Shown here piece by piece: positions 8,874 through 18,700 of a DNA stretch of 47,723 bases. Under the pieces are notes generated by a model. That model made no database searches and had not been told where the DNA came from. It saw nothing but the letters and a program-made list of their open reading frames with translations. Position 1 is the stretch's first letter. Each line of letters begins with the position of its first letter. Source of the DNA: a bacterium (GTDB taxonomy: Bacteria > Spirochaetota > JAHITG01); the NCBI GenBank assembly GCA_028711675.1, contig JAQTRT010000001.1:1-47723 (forward strand), read 5' to 3'. The position numbers and the translations under genes are program-made.

Positions 8874-10223
8874 TTACACGCTCTCGGTGTTCAGTTCCTG
8901 GACGATTTTTTCAATCCTTTGGTGCAGCTCATTATCCATCTGCCGTAAATTTTTTATTTTTTCTATGGCATGGATGACAGTGGAATGGTCCTTGCTGCCG
9001 AAAACATTGCCTATTTCTGTTGTGGAAGCGTTGGTTAATTCCCGGATCAGGTACATGGCTACCTGACGGGGCAGGACGATCCCGGCATTCCGTCTTTTTG
9101 AGGTCATTACTTTAAGGTTGATCCCGAAATAGTCTGCCACGACCTCCTGGATCCTTGTAATAGATGTCTCTTTTTTAGCGTTTTCCTTTATGATATTTGT
9201 GATAATGGATTTGGCCAGGTCCAGGGAGATACTTTTCTTCATTAAATTGGAGATAGCGATCAGGTTGATCAGGGCAGCCTGCAGATCCCGGATATTATAT
9301 TTGATCTTTTTTGCTAAAAAATGGATGACTTCCGGGGATATCTCTGTTTTTTCATTTTCAGCTTTTTTATATAAAATCGCTTCCCGTGTTTCAATATCCG
9401 GTAATCCGATATCTGTGATCAAACCCATGCCGAAACGTGAACGGAGGCGTTCTTCTAAAAGAGGAATTTCTTTGGGTGATTTATCTGCTGTTAGTATGAT
9501 CTGCTTTCCGGAACTGTGCAGGGTATTGAATGTATGGAAGAATTCCTCTTGTGTCCGCTCTTTTCCTGAAATAAATTGTACATCATCCACGATTAAAATA
9601 TCGATTTTCCTGTAATTTGCCCTGAATTTATCCATTTTGTTGTTCTGTAAAGAGTGGATCAGATCATTAGTGAATTTTTCCGCGACTACATAAAGGACGT
9701 TTAAATCTTTTTTATTCTGCAGAATTCTATTGCCAATAGCGTTTAGAATATGTGTTTTACCCAGGCCTACTCCGCCGTAAATGAATAAAGGGTTGTAGGA
9801 ATGGGCAGGAGCGTTGGCTACGGCGATAGCCGCTGAATAAGAGAGCTCGGTATTGGCGCCAACCACAAAATTTTCAAAGGTAAAATAAGGATTAAGATTG
9901 GACTTTAAATGACGTGATTCTTCCTCGGTCGGGTGCATTTTATTTTCAGAGGCCGGATTTTCCCTTTCTTTTTTTGCATCATTATGTATTTTAAAGAGGA
10001 TAGAGAGGTCTTTTTCCATAATTTCCTTTAAGGCGGTTCTGATATTGGCCAGAAGATTGTTATGAATATACTCTTTCTGGAATTTATTGTTTACCTCAAC
10101 AACCAGCTTTTCCTCGCTGGAGTCGATTATTTTGGTATCTTTTAAATAATTGTTGTATATTTGCCGGTCGATCTTTTTTTCGAGAGACACTAAAACAGAC
10201 GACCAGATTTTTGTTGGTTCCAT
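8874..10223 (-). CDS. dnaA: Chromosomal replication initiator protein DnaA
   Basis: Has Walker A GGVGLGKTHIL, box VII, and the C-terminal DNA-binding signature VLPRQVAMYLIRELTNASTTEIGNVFG.KDHSTVIHA. The start was moved to the ATG at 10223 (GGAG 8 nt upstream), because the track start at 10274 would place DnaA boxes inside the coding region. Confidence 0.95.
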   Translation of the reverse strand: MEPTKIWSSVLVSLEKKIDRQIYNNYLKDTKIIDSSEEKLVVEVNNKFQKEYIHNNLLANIRTALKEIMEKDLSILFKIHNDAKKERENPASENKMHPTEEESRHLKSNLNPYFTFENFVVGANTELSYSAAIAVANAPAHSYNPLFIYGGVGLGKTHILNAIGNRILQNKKDLNVLYVVAEKFTNDLIHSLQNNKMDKFRANYRKIDILIVDDVQFISGKERTQEEFFHTFNTLHSSGKQIILTADKSPKEIPLLEERLRSRFGMGLITDIGLPDIETREAILYKKAENEKTEISPEVIHFLAKKIKYNIRDLQAALINLIAISNLMKKSISLDLAKSIITNIIKENAKKETSITRIQEVVADYFGINLKVMTSKRRNAGIVLPRQVAMYLIRELTNASTTEIGNVFGSKDHSTVIHAIEKIKNLRQMDNELHQRIEKIVQELNTESV

Positions 10224-10640
10224 ACGATAACTCCGGGGATATATGCTGAAAGTTATCCACAAGGTTTTCCACAATTGTGGATAACTTTATATTTGTTGAT
10301 ATTTAATATATTATACAAAACCCATTCTCTGTATAAAAAATATACATTCTTATAATTCCATATTTATGAATTCAAACTCTTTTATATATTACTCAATTGG
10401 TAATATATAAAAAAGTGTTCTCAAAGGATAAGAATATCCCTCTTCTCTTTATTTCAAAGAACTTGATCCGTACTTATAGAGAAATTCCTTGTTGTTTAAA
10501 GAAATTTCGTTTTATATTAAACCTTTTATTTTTGATGTCAAATAAAAATTAAAAAAAATTTTTTTAGATCTTTAAGCTTGTGATTTTTAGGTCAATGTTT
10601 TTTTCAACGATGGAAATTATTTTTTAAATTTAAAAAAGCA
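10224..10640. other. dnaA upstream region: DnaA-box cluster plus a long AT-rich stretch (candidate oriC half / dnaA autoregulatory region)
   Basis: TTATCCACA lies at 10253-10261, TTTTCCACA at 10265-10273, and an inverted TGTGGATAA at 10276-10284. About 350 nt of very AT-rich non-coding DNA follows. Confidence 0.65.
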
Positions 10641-10670
10641 TTGACATCATAATTTCTTTTGATATATACT
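10641..10670 (+). promoter_or_regulatory. Sigma-70-type promoter in front of the TIGR00725-like gene
   Basis: TTGACA at 10641-10646 is preceded by an A-tract, with TATATA/TATACT at 10663-10670 (16-18 nt spacer). The first ATG (10677) lies 6-8 nt after the -10 element. Confidence 0.5.
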
Positions 10671-10676
10671 ATTCTT

Positions 10677-11150
10677 ATGATTGTCGGAATCATCGGCGGC
10701 TCTCAGATAGAAAAAAAAGAAATTTACGATATGGCCTATGCGACAGGTGCTCTGGTTGCGCGTAACCAGTGGGTCTTGATTTGCGGAGGTCTCGGCGGTG
10801 TCATGGAAGCTGCGGCCAAAGGGGCTTTTGATCAGAAAGGCGTGACCATCGGTATCCTTCCGCAGAATAATAAAAGTTATGCCAATCCTTATATAACCAT
10901 TCCCGTGGCCACAGGCATCGGTCTGGCCCGAAATTTTATCATTGTTCACACGGCGGATATCCTGATCGCCATTGACGGTCAATACGGTACCTTGAATGAG
11001 ATCGCCGCAGCCATGACTATGAAAAAATATGTATTATCCCTTCGTTCATGGGACCTGGAAAAACTGGATAAATTTGATAAAACATTCTTTATCCCGGTCC
11101 AGAGCCCTGAAGAAGCGGTCCATTTTATAAAGAACAGTTCCATCCATTAA
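10677..11150 (+). CDS. TIGR00725-family (LOG/SLOG-like Rossmann fold) protein
   Basis: MIVGIIGGS...LICGGLGGVMEAAAKGA...IAIDGQYGTLNEIA is characteristic of this family. The track start (TTG at 10659) falls inside the predicted -10 element, so I used the ATG at 10677. Confidence 0.7.
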   Translation: MIVGIIGGSQIEKKEIYDMAYATGALVARNQWVLICGGLGGVMEAAAKGAFDQKGVTIGILPQNNKSYANPYITIPVATGIGLARNFIIVHTADILIAIDGQYGTLNEIAAAMTMKKYVLSLRSWDLEKLDKFDKTFFIPVQSPEEAVHFIKNSSIH

Positions 11151-11176
11151 ATATATAAATATATCCCGGTCGATCT

Positions 11177-14100
11177 ATGAAACAACATAAACCATTTGTC
11201 CATCTTCATACACATTCTCATTACAGCCTGCTTGACGGCTTGATCAAGATACCTGATCTGGTCCAAAAAGCCAGAGATCTGCAGTTCCCCGCCATTGCCT
11301 TGACTGACCACGGGAATATGTTCGGGACACTGGAATTTTTCAAAACCTGCATCAATGAAGGGGTCAAGCCCATTATCGGCCTGGAAGCATATATCGCCCC
11401 TGAATCAAGGTTCATAAAAGAAAAGATCAGCACATCTGACGAAAAACAAGTAATCGCCCATCATCTGGTCCTTTTGGCTAAGAACGATGAAGGATACAGG
11501 AATCTGCTGGAGCTTAGTTCGTACGGCTATCTTGAAGGTTTTTATTATCATCCCAGGATCGATAGAGAGCTTCTGGCCAAGCATCATAAAGGTTTGATCG
11601 CCATGAGCGCATGTTTAAAAGGCGAGATTGCTTATTATATCACGAAAAATAACCTGATGCATTCCCGGCGAATTGCATATGAAATGAAAGAATTGTTCGG
11701 TGAAGATTTTTATCTTGAAGTACAGTACCATAAAATTGAAGAGGAAAAGAAGGTCCTGAAAAGTCTGATCGGCTTGAGCAAGGAGCTGAATATCCCGCTG
11801 GTGGCATCGAATGATGTGCATTACCTTACTAAGGATGATTATGAGGCGCATGAGATCCTGCTTTGTATCCAAACCCAGAAAAAAATGAAGGATACGGACC
11901 GGTTCAAACTTTCCACCAACGAATTTGACCTGAAATCATATGAAGACATGGTGGAGATTTTTAAGGAAGTCCCGGAGGCGCTGCAGAATACCATTGCCAT
12001 CATGGATAAATGCAATTTAAAGATTGAGTTCGGCGGGATGAAGATACCGAAATATCCCGTTCCGGAAGATATTACCGCTCATGAATTCCTGGAGAACCTG
12101 GCATTCCGGGGACTGGAGAAAAGATACGGTGAAGTAACGGATAAATTAAAGGAACAGCTTCAGTATGAACTGGACCTTGTGACGAAGATGAAATTCATCA
12201 ATTACTTCCTTATTGTCTGGGACTATGTCAATTTCTGCCAGAAGAACGATATCATGGTGGGAGCAGGCCGTGGTTCAGCGGCAGGAAGTCTGCTGGCTTA
12301 TACACTGGGCATCACGGATGTGGATCCGGTTAAATATGGTCTTCATTTTGAACGTTTTCTTAATCCGGAAAGGGTTTCCATGCCTGATATTGACATTGAT
12401 TTTGAGGATATCCAGAGGGATAAGGTGAAGGAATACGTTGTCAATAAATACGGCAAGGAGCATGTAGCCAGTATCATCACGTTCAATAAATTCAAGGCCA
12501 AGGCTGCGTTCAAAGCGGTAGCCCGCGTCATGGATATGAAATTCGTTGTTTCCAACGAGATCTCGAAATTCATCGAGGAAAAAACCCTTGAAGAATCGTA
12601 TAAAAGGAACACGATCCTTCGCGAAAAGATAGGGAGCGATATTGAACTGAAAAAGATATGGGAGATTTCCCTTAAACTGGAGAATATCTGTCTGGGCGTG
12701 GGAAAACACGCAGCCGGGATCGTTATTTCCGAAGAACCGCTTATCCATTTTGTCCCTTTTTATAAGGACACCAGGGATGATGCCATCGCAACCCAGTATG
12801 ATATGAACATGATCAATGACCTTGGACTGTTGAAGTTCGATCTACTGGCCCTAAAGAATCTTTCCATCATCAAGGATACGATCAAGCTGGTCAAACATAC
12901 GGAGAATATTGATATCGATATCAGGAAGATACCTCTGGATGATAAACAAACCTATAAGCTCCTGGGTAAAGGGGATACCAATGGCGTGTTCCAGATAGAA
13001 AAATCAGGTATGACAGAGTTGTTCTGCAGAGTGAAACCGAAGAACCTGGAGGAAATAAGCGTCCTGATCGCTTTGTACCGGCCGGGGCCGCTTGAATCAG
13101 GAATGGTTGATTCTTTCGTCAAGAGAAAGAACAAGGAAGAAGAAATCACTTACGCGCATAAATCCTTAAAACCCATTCTGGAAGAGACCTATGGCGTTAT
13201 CGTTTACCAGGAACAGGTCATGGAGATCACAAAGGTGATTGGTGGATTTTCCCTTGGAGAAGCTGATGTGATCCGGCGCATCATGTCCAAGAAAAAACCC
13301 GAGGAACTGGAACCCTACAAAGAAAAATTCCTCGCAGGAGCCAGGAAGAATAAATTTGATGAACGTCTGGCTGAACGTATCTTCAACGATATGGCTAAAT
13401 TCGCGGAATACGCATTTAACAAGGCACATTCGGTGGCCTATGCTTTTATTACGTATCAGACCGCATATCTGAAGGCCTGGTACCCGGCCGAATACTTGGC
13501 CGCCATCCTGTCGAATGAAATGGATAAGATCGAAAACATCACCAAACATTATTCTATTGCGCGGAAATTCAAGATCAGGATACTGCCTCCGGATATCAAC
13601 AGATCCATCGGAACATTCAACGTCAACAAGATCAGGAACGAAGCGGATGCAGAGGAGAAAGTGATCAATTTCGGTATGGCCGGGATCAAGAATGTCGGGG
13701 CCAAGCTCATTGATCTCATCGTGGAGGAAAGGGAGAAGAAAGGGGAGTTCAAGAATATTATGGACTTTCTCATTCGTCTTGACGCCAGGCTTGTGAATAA
13801 AAAGATCCTGGAAGGTCTTATCAAATCAGGCGCATTTGATACACTGAACATGAAACGTAAAGTCCTGATGGACAACATGGATAAGCTGCAGGAACACGCC
13901 ATCCGCCTGAGGGAGGAGATCAATTCCAATCAGATGAGCCTGTTCCTGAAAGCGGACAAGGATAACCGGCTGGATTATTCTTCCATCATCAAGGAAGTCA
14001 TCAAGGAACCGGTGGAGTGGCCCAAGGATGAACTGCTCAAGTATGAGAAAGAAGTGCTGGGTATTTTTCTTTCCGATCATCCTCTGAACTATTATAAAAA

Positions 14101-14662
14101 AGAAGTTAAAAAATATACCAAGATCGATTTGAACGAACTGGACCAGTATAAGGATAATACCTATGTTTCTCTTGTAGGCCTCATTACGCATAAAAACTAT
14201 CATCGTACCCAGACCCAGAAAACCATAGCTTTTTTAAGCCTGGAAGATCTGAACGGAGTGATAGAAGTAGTGGTGATGCCGGAACTTTTTGAAAAATGCA
14301 AAGTGTATATAGAAAAAGAGATGCCGGTTCTTATTATCAGAGGGCTCTTGAAGTTCAATGATGAAAAGTATAAAATCGAGGCCTTGGAAATAGCGCCTGT
14401 CGAAGAACCGGAAAAATTGAATATCCGTAAAGTATATATCAAGATACCTTATGAGATTGCCGGTGACGACACAAAGCTGAACCAGGTCAAGGAATTGATG
14501 CTGAAGAACCGCGGCAACGCCAGGGTTGAGCTGCATATCTATAAAGGCGAGAACGAGAAGATCATCATGGAAGTGCCCAATTATCTTAACGTGAATCCGG
14601 ATAAGAATTTTATTAATGAACTGATTACCATCATCGGTGAAAACAGCATTCATCTGTATTAA
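11177..14662 (+). CDS. dnaE: DNA polymerase III alpha subunit
   Basis: An 1161-aa product with the PHP domain start FVHLHTHSHYSLLDG, the polymerase core GRGSAAGSLLAYTLGITDVDP and PDIDIDF, and an OB fold at the C-terminus. Confidence 0.95.
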   Translation: MKQHKPFVHLHTHSHYSLLDGLIKIPDLVQKARDLQFPAIALTDHGNMFGTLEFFKTCINEGVKPIIGLEAYIAPESRFIKEKISTSDEKQVIAHHLVLLAKNDEGYRNLLELSSYGYLEGFYYHPRIDRELLAKHHKGLIAMSACLKGEIAYYITKNNLMHSRRIAYEMKELFGEDFYLEVQYHKIEEEKKVLKSLIGLSKELNIPLVASNDVHYLTKDDYEAHEILLCIQTQKKMKDTDRFKLSTNEFDLKSYEDMVEIFKEVPEALQNTIAIMDKCNLKIEFGGMKIPKYPVPEDITAHEFLENLAFRGLEKRYGEVTDKLKEQLQYELDLVTKMKFINYFLIVWDYVNFCQKNDIMVGAGRGSAAGSLLAYTLGITDVDPVKYGLHFERFLNPERVSMPDIDIDFEDIQRDKVKEYVVNKYGKEHVASIITFNKFKAKAAFKAVARVMDMKFVVSNEISKFIEEKTLEESYKRNTILREKIGSDIELKKIWEISLKLENICLGVGKHAAGIVISEEPLIHFVPFYKDTRDDAIATQYDMNMINDLGLLKFDLLALKNLSIIKDTIKLVKHTENIDIDIRKIPLDDKQTYKLLGKGDTNGVFQIEKSGMTELFCRVKPKNLEEISVLIALYRPGPLESGMVDSFVKRKNKEEEITYAHKSLKPILEETYGVIVYQEQVMEITKVIGGFSLGEADVIRRIMSKKKPEELEPYKEKFLAGARKNKFDERLAERIFNDMAKFAEYAFNKAHSVAYAFITYQTAYLKAWYPAEYLAAILSNEMDKIENITKHYSIARKFKIRILPPDINRSIGTFNVNKIRNEADAEEKVINFGMAGIKNVGAKLIDLIVEEREKKGEFKNIMDFLIRLDARLVNKKILEGLIKSGAFDTLNMKRKVLMDNMDKLQEHAIRLREEINSNQMSLFLKADKDNRLDYSSIIKEVIKEPVEWPKDELLKYEKEVLGIFLSDHPLNYYKKEVKKYTKIDLNELDQYKDNTYVSLVGLITHKNYHRTQTQKTIAFLSLEDLNGVIEVVVMPELFEKCKVYIEKEMPVLIIRGLLKFNDEKYKIEALEIAPVEEPEKLNIRKVYIKIPYEIAGDDTKLNQVKELMLKNRGNARVELHIYKGENEKIIMEVPNYLNVNPDKNFINELITIIGENSIHLY

Positions 14663-14754
14663 AAAAGGCGTTACGGTCTGTTGATCCAGCCACGGTCTCG
14701 TTTTTCTTTTGTTATCATCATCATCCTGAAATCACAGGGAATCCGGTTGATATC

Positions 14755-16914
14755 ATGAATATTGTTTATTATGATATTTTTTTACTGGGATTTTACTCCT
14801 TAGTGACACAGGTCTTTTTCATCAAAGAGATCCTTTCCACATTTTCTAGCAATGAGATCACTGCCGGCCTTATCCTGGCTTTTTGGCTTCTGGGGAACGG
14901 GCTGGGCAATTTTCTTTCCAGAAGATATCACGATAAGCTAAAAGAACGGGTCCATTCCCTTTTCTTTCTGAATCTGAACCTGTTCTTCATCGGTCTTATC
15001 CTGGTCCGTTTTTTCTGCGTATTCTTCCATATTCCTCTGGGCGAGATGGTGAATGTTTTTTATCTCTTTCTGTTCAGCCTGGTTGTGGTGGTGCCGTTCT
15101 CCTTATTATGGGGGATTAATTTTAATTATCTTTATATCATGATCAAGGAAGGGCTCCAGCCCGAGAGTAGAATGTACAGTCTGGAAGCGCTTGGTGCGGC
15201 CCTGGCCAGTCTGCTGACCAGCTATGTTTTTATCCGGCTCAATTCGGTTTTTCTGATAGCAGGCATTCTTTATTTTTTATTGATGATCTCTTTTGTGCTG
15301 AACAGAAAAATCAAACACCCGTTGTTCGTTATGACCGGGGTTATTTTTATCCTTCTGCTCCTTTTTCATCAGAAGATCGATTATTTCACGGAGATCAAGC
15401 GGTATAAAAACCTGACTATCGAGAAATCCCTGGAAACACCGTACGGCCGGCTGGTCGTGGCGCGGTATAGAAACACTTTTTCTTTTTATAATAACAATCT
15501 TTTTCTTTTTTCTTTGGGGGACCGGGTGCTTCCGGAACTGATGGTCTCTCTTCTGGCTTCCGAGGTTGAGAGGATGGATCGTGTCCTTGTAATCAATAAC
15601 GGCATGGACGGGATCGTTGAAAAACTATTATCTGATCCGGAAATAAAGAACCTGTATTACGTGGAGAGCAATCCGTACCTGATGAACCTTTATATGAACT
15701 ATGCCCGTTCCGATTTTTTAAAGGACCCGAGGCTCGAAGTCTTCATCCAGGACGGCCGCGGTTTCCTGAACAGGGTACATGGTAAGTTCGACGCAGTCCT
15801 GGTGCATACACCTGATCCGTACGATCTGCAGCTGAACCGGTATTTTTCCAGGGAGTTCTTCGTCAAGGTCAGGAATGTACTGACGAAACGGGGGGTTCTC
15901 CTTTTCAAGGCAAGCTCTTCGGAGAATTTTTTAAATCCGTATCAGAGCCGTTACCTCGGTTCGCTTTATAATACTTTAAAAGAGGTCTTTCCGGATATCC
16001 TCCTGTTTCCCGGAGACCCTTGTTTTATCCTGGCCAGTCCGGCCAAGGGCGTTCTCACCTATGATGAGAACGAATTGAGAAAAAGGGGTGAGGCTCTCCA
16101 TTCTGATTATTACAAGGCTTATTTTCTTCCCTCCCGTTGTAATGAGTTCAAACTTCATCAGTTCCTGAATTCCATCGATCAAAGCAGCGGCGTAAACCGG
16201 GACTTGAAACCCATTACTTTTTTTTATCATATGGTCCTGTGGACCACGCGGACCAGCCAGAGCATAAAGGATATATTTTCCTTTTTTTACCATGTTCCTT
16301 TCATCTGGTTCATTCTGCTGTTGATCAGCGGCTCCCTGGTCTTTTATTTTTTCATGATGAAGGAAAAAGCGCAAGCTATCATGCTTTCCATGAGTGTGAC
16401 GGGTTTTACCGTCATCGGTCTCGAGATCCTCTCTCTTTTCCTTTACCAGATACTGCGCGGGAATCTTTATTTCAACATGGGCCTGCTCTTTTTCAGTTAT
16501 ATGCTGGGATTGAGTGCGGGAAGCCTGATTTATCCCCGTATCAGGTGGAGCAGGATAAGGATATTTAAATCCATTCAATTTCTATTTATTTTCATACCGT
16601 GCCTGATCTTCCCGCTTTATTATCTGCTTAACCTCCTGGCGAGCGGTTGGATCATGGATATGGTTTTCATCCTTTTTATCCTCCTGTTCAGTACATTGAG
16701 CGGGATCCAGTTCCCGGCCAGTGTCCAGCTCCACCCGGACAGTATCTTCAGCCCTTCCCGTATTAACAGCATCGATTTATTCAGCAGCGCAGCCGGTGCT
16801 TTCCTGGTATCTTTGTTCTTCATCCCTCTGTACGGGATAACCAATACGGCTCTCTTTCTTTCTCTCACGAATTTAATTGCTTTTCTGATTATTATAGATA
16901 AATTAAGATGGTGA
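14755..16914 (+). CDS. Spermidine synthase-like (SpeE fold) domain flanked by N- and C-terminal multi-TM blocks
   Basis: The central region VLVINNGMDG...VESNP...VFIQDGRGFL...FDAVLVHTPDPYD...YFSREFF resembles aminopropyltransferases. Roughly 6 hydrophobic helices precede it and ~6 follow it. Confidence 0.65.
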   Translation: MNIVYYDIFLLGFYSLVTQVFFIKEILSTFSSNEITAGLILAFWLLGNGLGNFLSRRYHDKLKERVHSLFFLNLNLFFIGLILVRFFCVFFHIPLGEMVNVFYLFLFSLVVVVPFSLLWGINFNYLYIMIKEGLQPESRMYSLEALGAALASLLTSYVFIRLNSVFLIAGILYFLLMISFVLNRKIKHPLFVMTGVIFILLLLFHQKIDYFTEIKRYKNLTIEKSLETPYGRLVVARYRNTFSFYNNNLFLFSLGDRVLPELMVSLLASEVERMDRVLVINNGMDGIVEKLLSDPEIKNLYYVESNPYLMNLYMNYARSDFLKDPRLEVFIQDGRGFLNRVHGKFDAVLVHTPDPYDLQLNRYFSREFFVKVRNVLTKRGVLLFKASSSENFLNPYQSRYLGSLYNTLKEVFPDILLFPGDPCFILASPAKGVLTYDENELRKRGEALHSDYYKAYFLPSRCNEFKLHQFLNSIDQSSGVNRDLKPITFFYHMVLWTTRTSQSIKDIFSFFYHVPFIWFILLLISGSLVFYFFMMKEKAQAIMLSMSVTGFTVIGLEILSLFLYQILRGNLYFNMGLLFFSYMLGLSAGSLIYPRIRWSRIRIFKSIQFLFIFIPCLIFPLYYLLNLLASGWIMDMVFILFILLFSTLSGIQFPASVQLHPDSIFSPSRINSIDLFSSAAGAFLVSLFFIPLYGITNTALFLSLTNLIAFLIIIDKLRW

Positions 16915-16929
16915 AGGAGGAGGTCATCC

Positions 16930-17415
16930 ATGCTCGTTGGGATCATGACGGATACGCATGAGAATATGGAGAATATCCGGAAAGCGGTCGATTTCTTTAA
17001 CAAAAAAGGAGTGGAACTGGTCCTCCACTGCGGAGATATTATTTCACCTATTACTTTTAAGGAATTTGACCGGTTAAACTGCAGAATGGAACTGGTCTTC
17101 GGGAACAACGACGGGGAACGTGTTTTTCTTGTCCAGCGTTTCAGGGAGAAAGGTACCTTCCATGTTCCCGGTTGGGAGTCCAAGCTGGACAATAAAAAGT
17201 TCATCATGATGCATGAACCCGTGGGTGTTGAGGCTCTTGCTGAATCCCAGAAATACAATTATATTATTTACGGTCATACGCATCTTCAGGATATCCGGAA
17301 GATCGGAAAGAGCCTTATCATCAACATCGGTGAAACAGGGGGATGGCTCAATGAGATAAGCACCATCGGTATCCTGGATACAGTGAAGGATGAAGTGAAA
17401 GTGATCACCCTGTAG
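16930..17415 (+). CDS. YfcE/MJ0936-family metallophosphoesterase
   Basis: Carries the phosphoesterase motifs MTDTHE, HCGD, GNNDGE, MMHEP and YGHTH. Length is 161 aa. Confidence 0.8.
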   Translation: MLVGIMTDTHENMENIRKAVDFFNKKGVELVLHCGDIISPITFKEFDRLNCRMELVFGNNDGERVFLVQRFREKGTFHVPGWESKLDNKKFIMMHEPVGVEALAESQKYNYIIYGHTHLQDIRKIGKSLIINIGETGGWLNEISTIGILDTVKDEVKVITL

Positions 17416-17448
17416 GACGGCAGGAGCGGAAAGAAAAGGGAAAGTGTC

Positions 17449-18468
17449 ATGATGAAGAATATATTGATAGCGGAAACGGACAGGATCGGGGATGTTGTTC
17501 TCTCCCTTCCTGTGTTTAAAAGCATCAAACAGGCGCATAGCCGAATTATCCTGACCGCGTTGGTGAGAAAATATACCGAAGGGATCTTCCGTAACTTCCC
17601 TTATGTGGATAAGGTGATCAGTTTCAGCGATTTATCGATAAGGTCTGAAAGAGAGCGGTTAAGAGAGGAGATACGTGAGAGGAATTTCGACGCGGCTTTA
17701 ATGCTTCATCCGGAATATAAAATGGCCAGGATCATTTACCAGACAGGGATCCAAAAAAGAATATCCTATGGCTGGAAATGGTATCAATATCTTTTTTCAC
17801 AGGTCCAGATCCAGCACCGGTCGCAGAATACCAGGCATCAGCTGGAATACAACCTGGAATTGTTGAAGCTTATTAATATCCATAAGAAAAGAACGGATAT
17901 TGTTTTGAAACCAGTAAAGGAGGATCTTAATTTTATTCATAAGATTCTAAAAGAGCAGAAGCTCTTAAAGAAAAAGCTCATCGGGCTTCATCCGGGCAGC
18001 GGTCATTCTTCCCTGAACCTGCCGCCGGATAAATACATTGAACTGATAGAGAAGATCAGGAGGAATTTTAAGGATTGCGAGATCCTTCTGACAGGGAATG
18101 AAAAGGAAAAATCCCTGATCGAGCATATCGCTTACAATACCAAGGTCTCTCTCCATCCTATGCCGTTGAACCTCTCCTTAAGCCATTTGATCGCTCTCAT
18201 TTCAAGGATGAACGTGTTCATTTCGAACAGTACGGGGCCGATGCATATCGCGTCAGCCTTACGTACCCCTGTTGTGGCCTTTTTTTCCCCTGTTTTTGTT
18301 CATTCGCCTATGCGCTGGGGACCTTACTGGGGGAAAAGACTGGTGGTAAAGCCTGAAGTGGAATGCAGGGAGTACTGGAAATGCAGAATGAAACACTGCT
18401 TATGGTATAACTGCTTTCAGAACCTTGATTTCAGGAATGTGATCGATTTTATCCGTACAGTCAAATAA
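17449..18468 (+). CDS. Glycosyltransferase family 9 (LPS heptosyltransferase-like)
   Basis: The N-terminus RIGDVVLSLPVFKSIKQ and later GLHPGSGHS and NSTGPMHIASAL are typical of GT9. The C-terminal tail is Cys-rich. Confidence 0.8.
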   Translation: MMKNILIAETDRIGDVVLSLPVFKSIKQAHSRIILTALVRKYTEGIFRNFPYVDKVISFSDLSIRSERERLREEIRERNFDAALMLHPEYKMARIIYQTGIQKRISYGWKWYQYLFSQVQIQHRSQNTRHQLEYNLELLKLINIHKKRTDIVLKPVKEDLNFIHKILKEQKLLKKKLIGLHPGSGHSSLNLPPDKYIELIEKIRRNFKDCEILLTGNEKEKSLIEHIAYNTKVSLHPMPLNLSLSHLIALISRMNVFISNSTGPMHIASALRTPVVAFFSPVFVHSPMRWGPYWGKRLVVKPEVECREYWKCRMKHCLWYNCFQNLDFRNVIDFIRTVK

Positions 18469-18631
18469 AGCAGGACCAAGCGCTTTATTTCATTATCTGA
18501 CTTCACAGGCTTTTTTATTAAATTATTCCAAAAAAGGGACGATAATTATAATAGCTGGATAGTAAGGATAATTTCCCCTCCCAATTATTATCCGAATATC
18601 TAGCAGGGGGCTTGAAAAAGCCCCCTAAAAT

Positions 18632-18662
18632 AAAAAACCACACCTGAGTGGTGTGGTTTTTT
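18632..18662. terminator. Bidirectional intrinsic terminator between convergent genes
   Basis: A perfect 7-bp stem CCACACC (18638-18644) / GGTGTGG (18650-18656) with a 5-nt loop is flanked by A6 upstream and T6 downstream. A second hairpin AGGGGGCTT-GAAA-AAGCCCCCT sits at 18605-18626. Confidence 0.7.
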
Positions 18663-18700
18663 ATTTTATATCCGGATTATTTCAACTTTCACTTTTTCAA

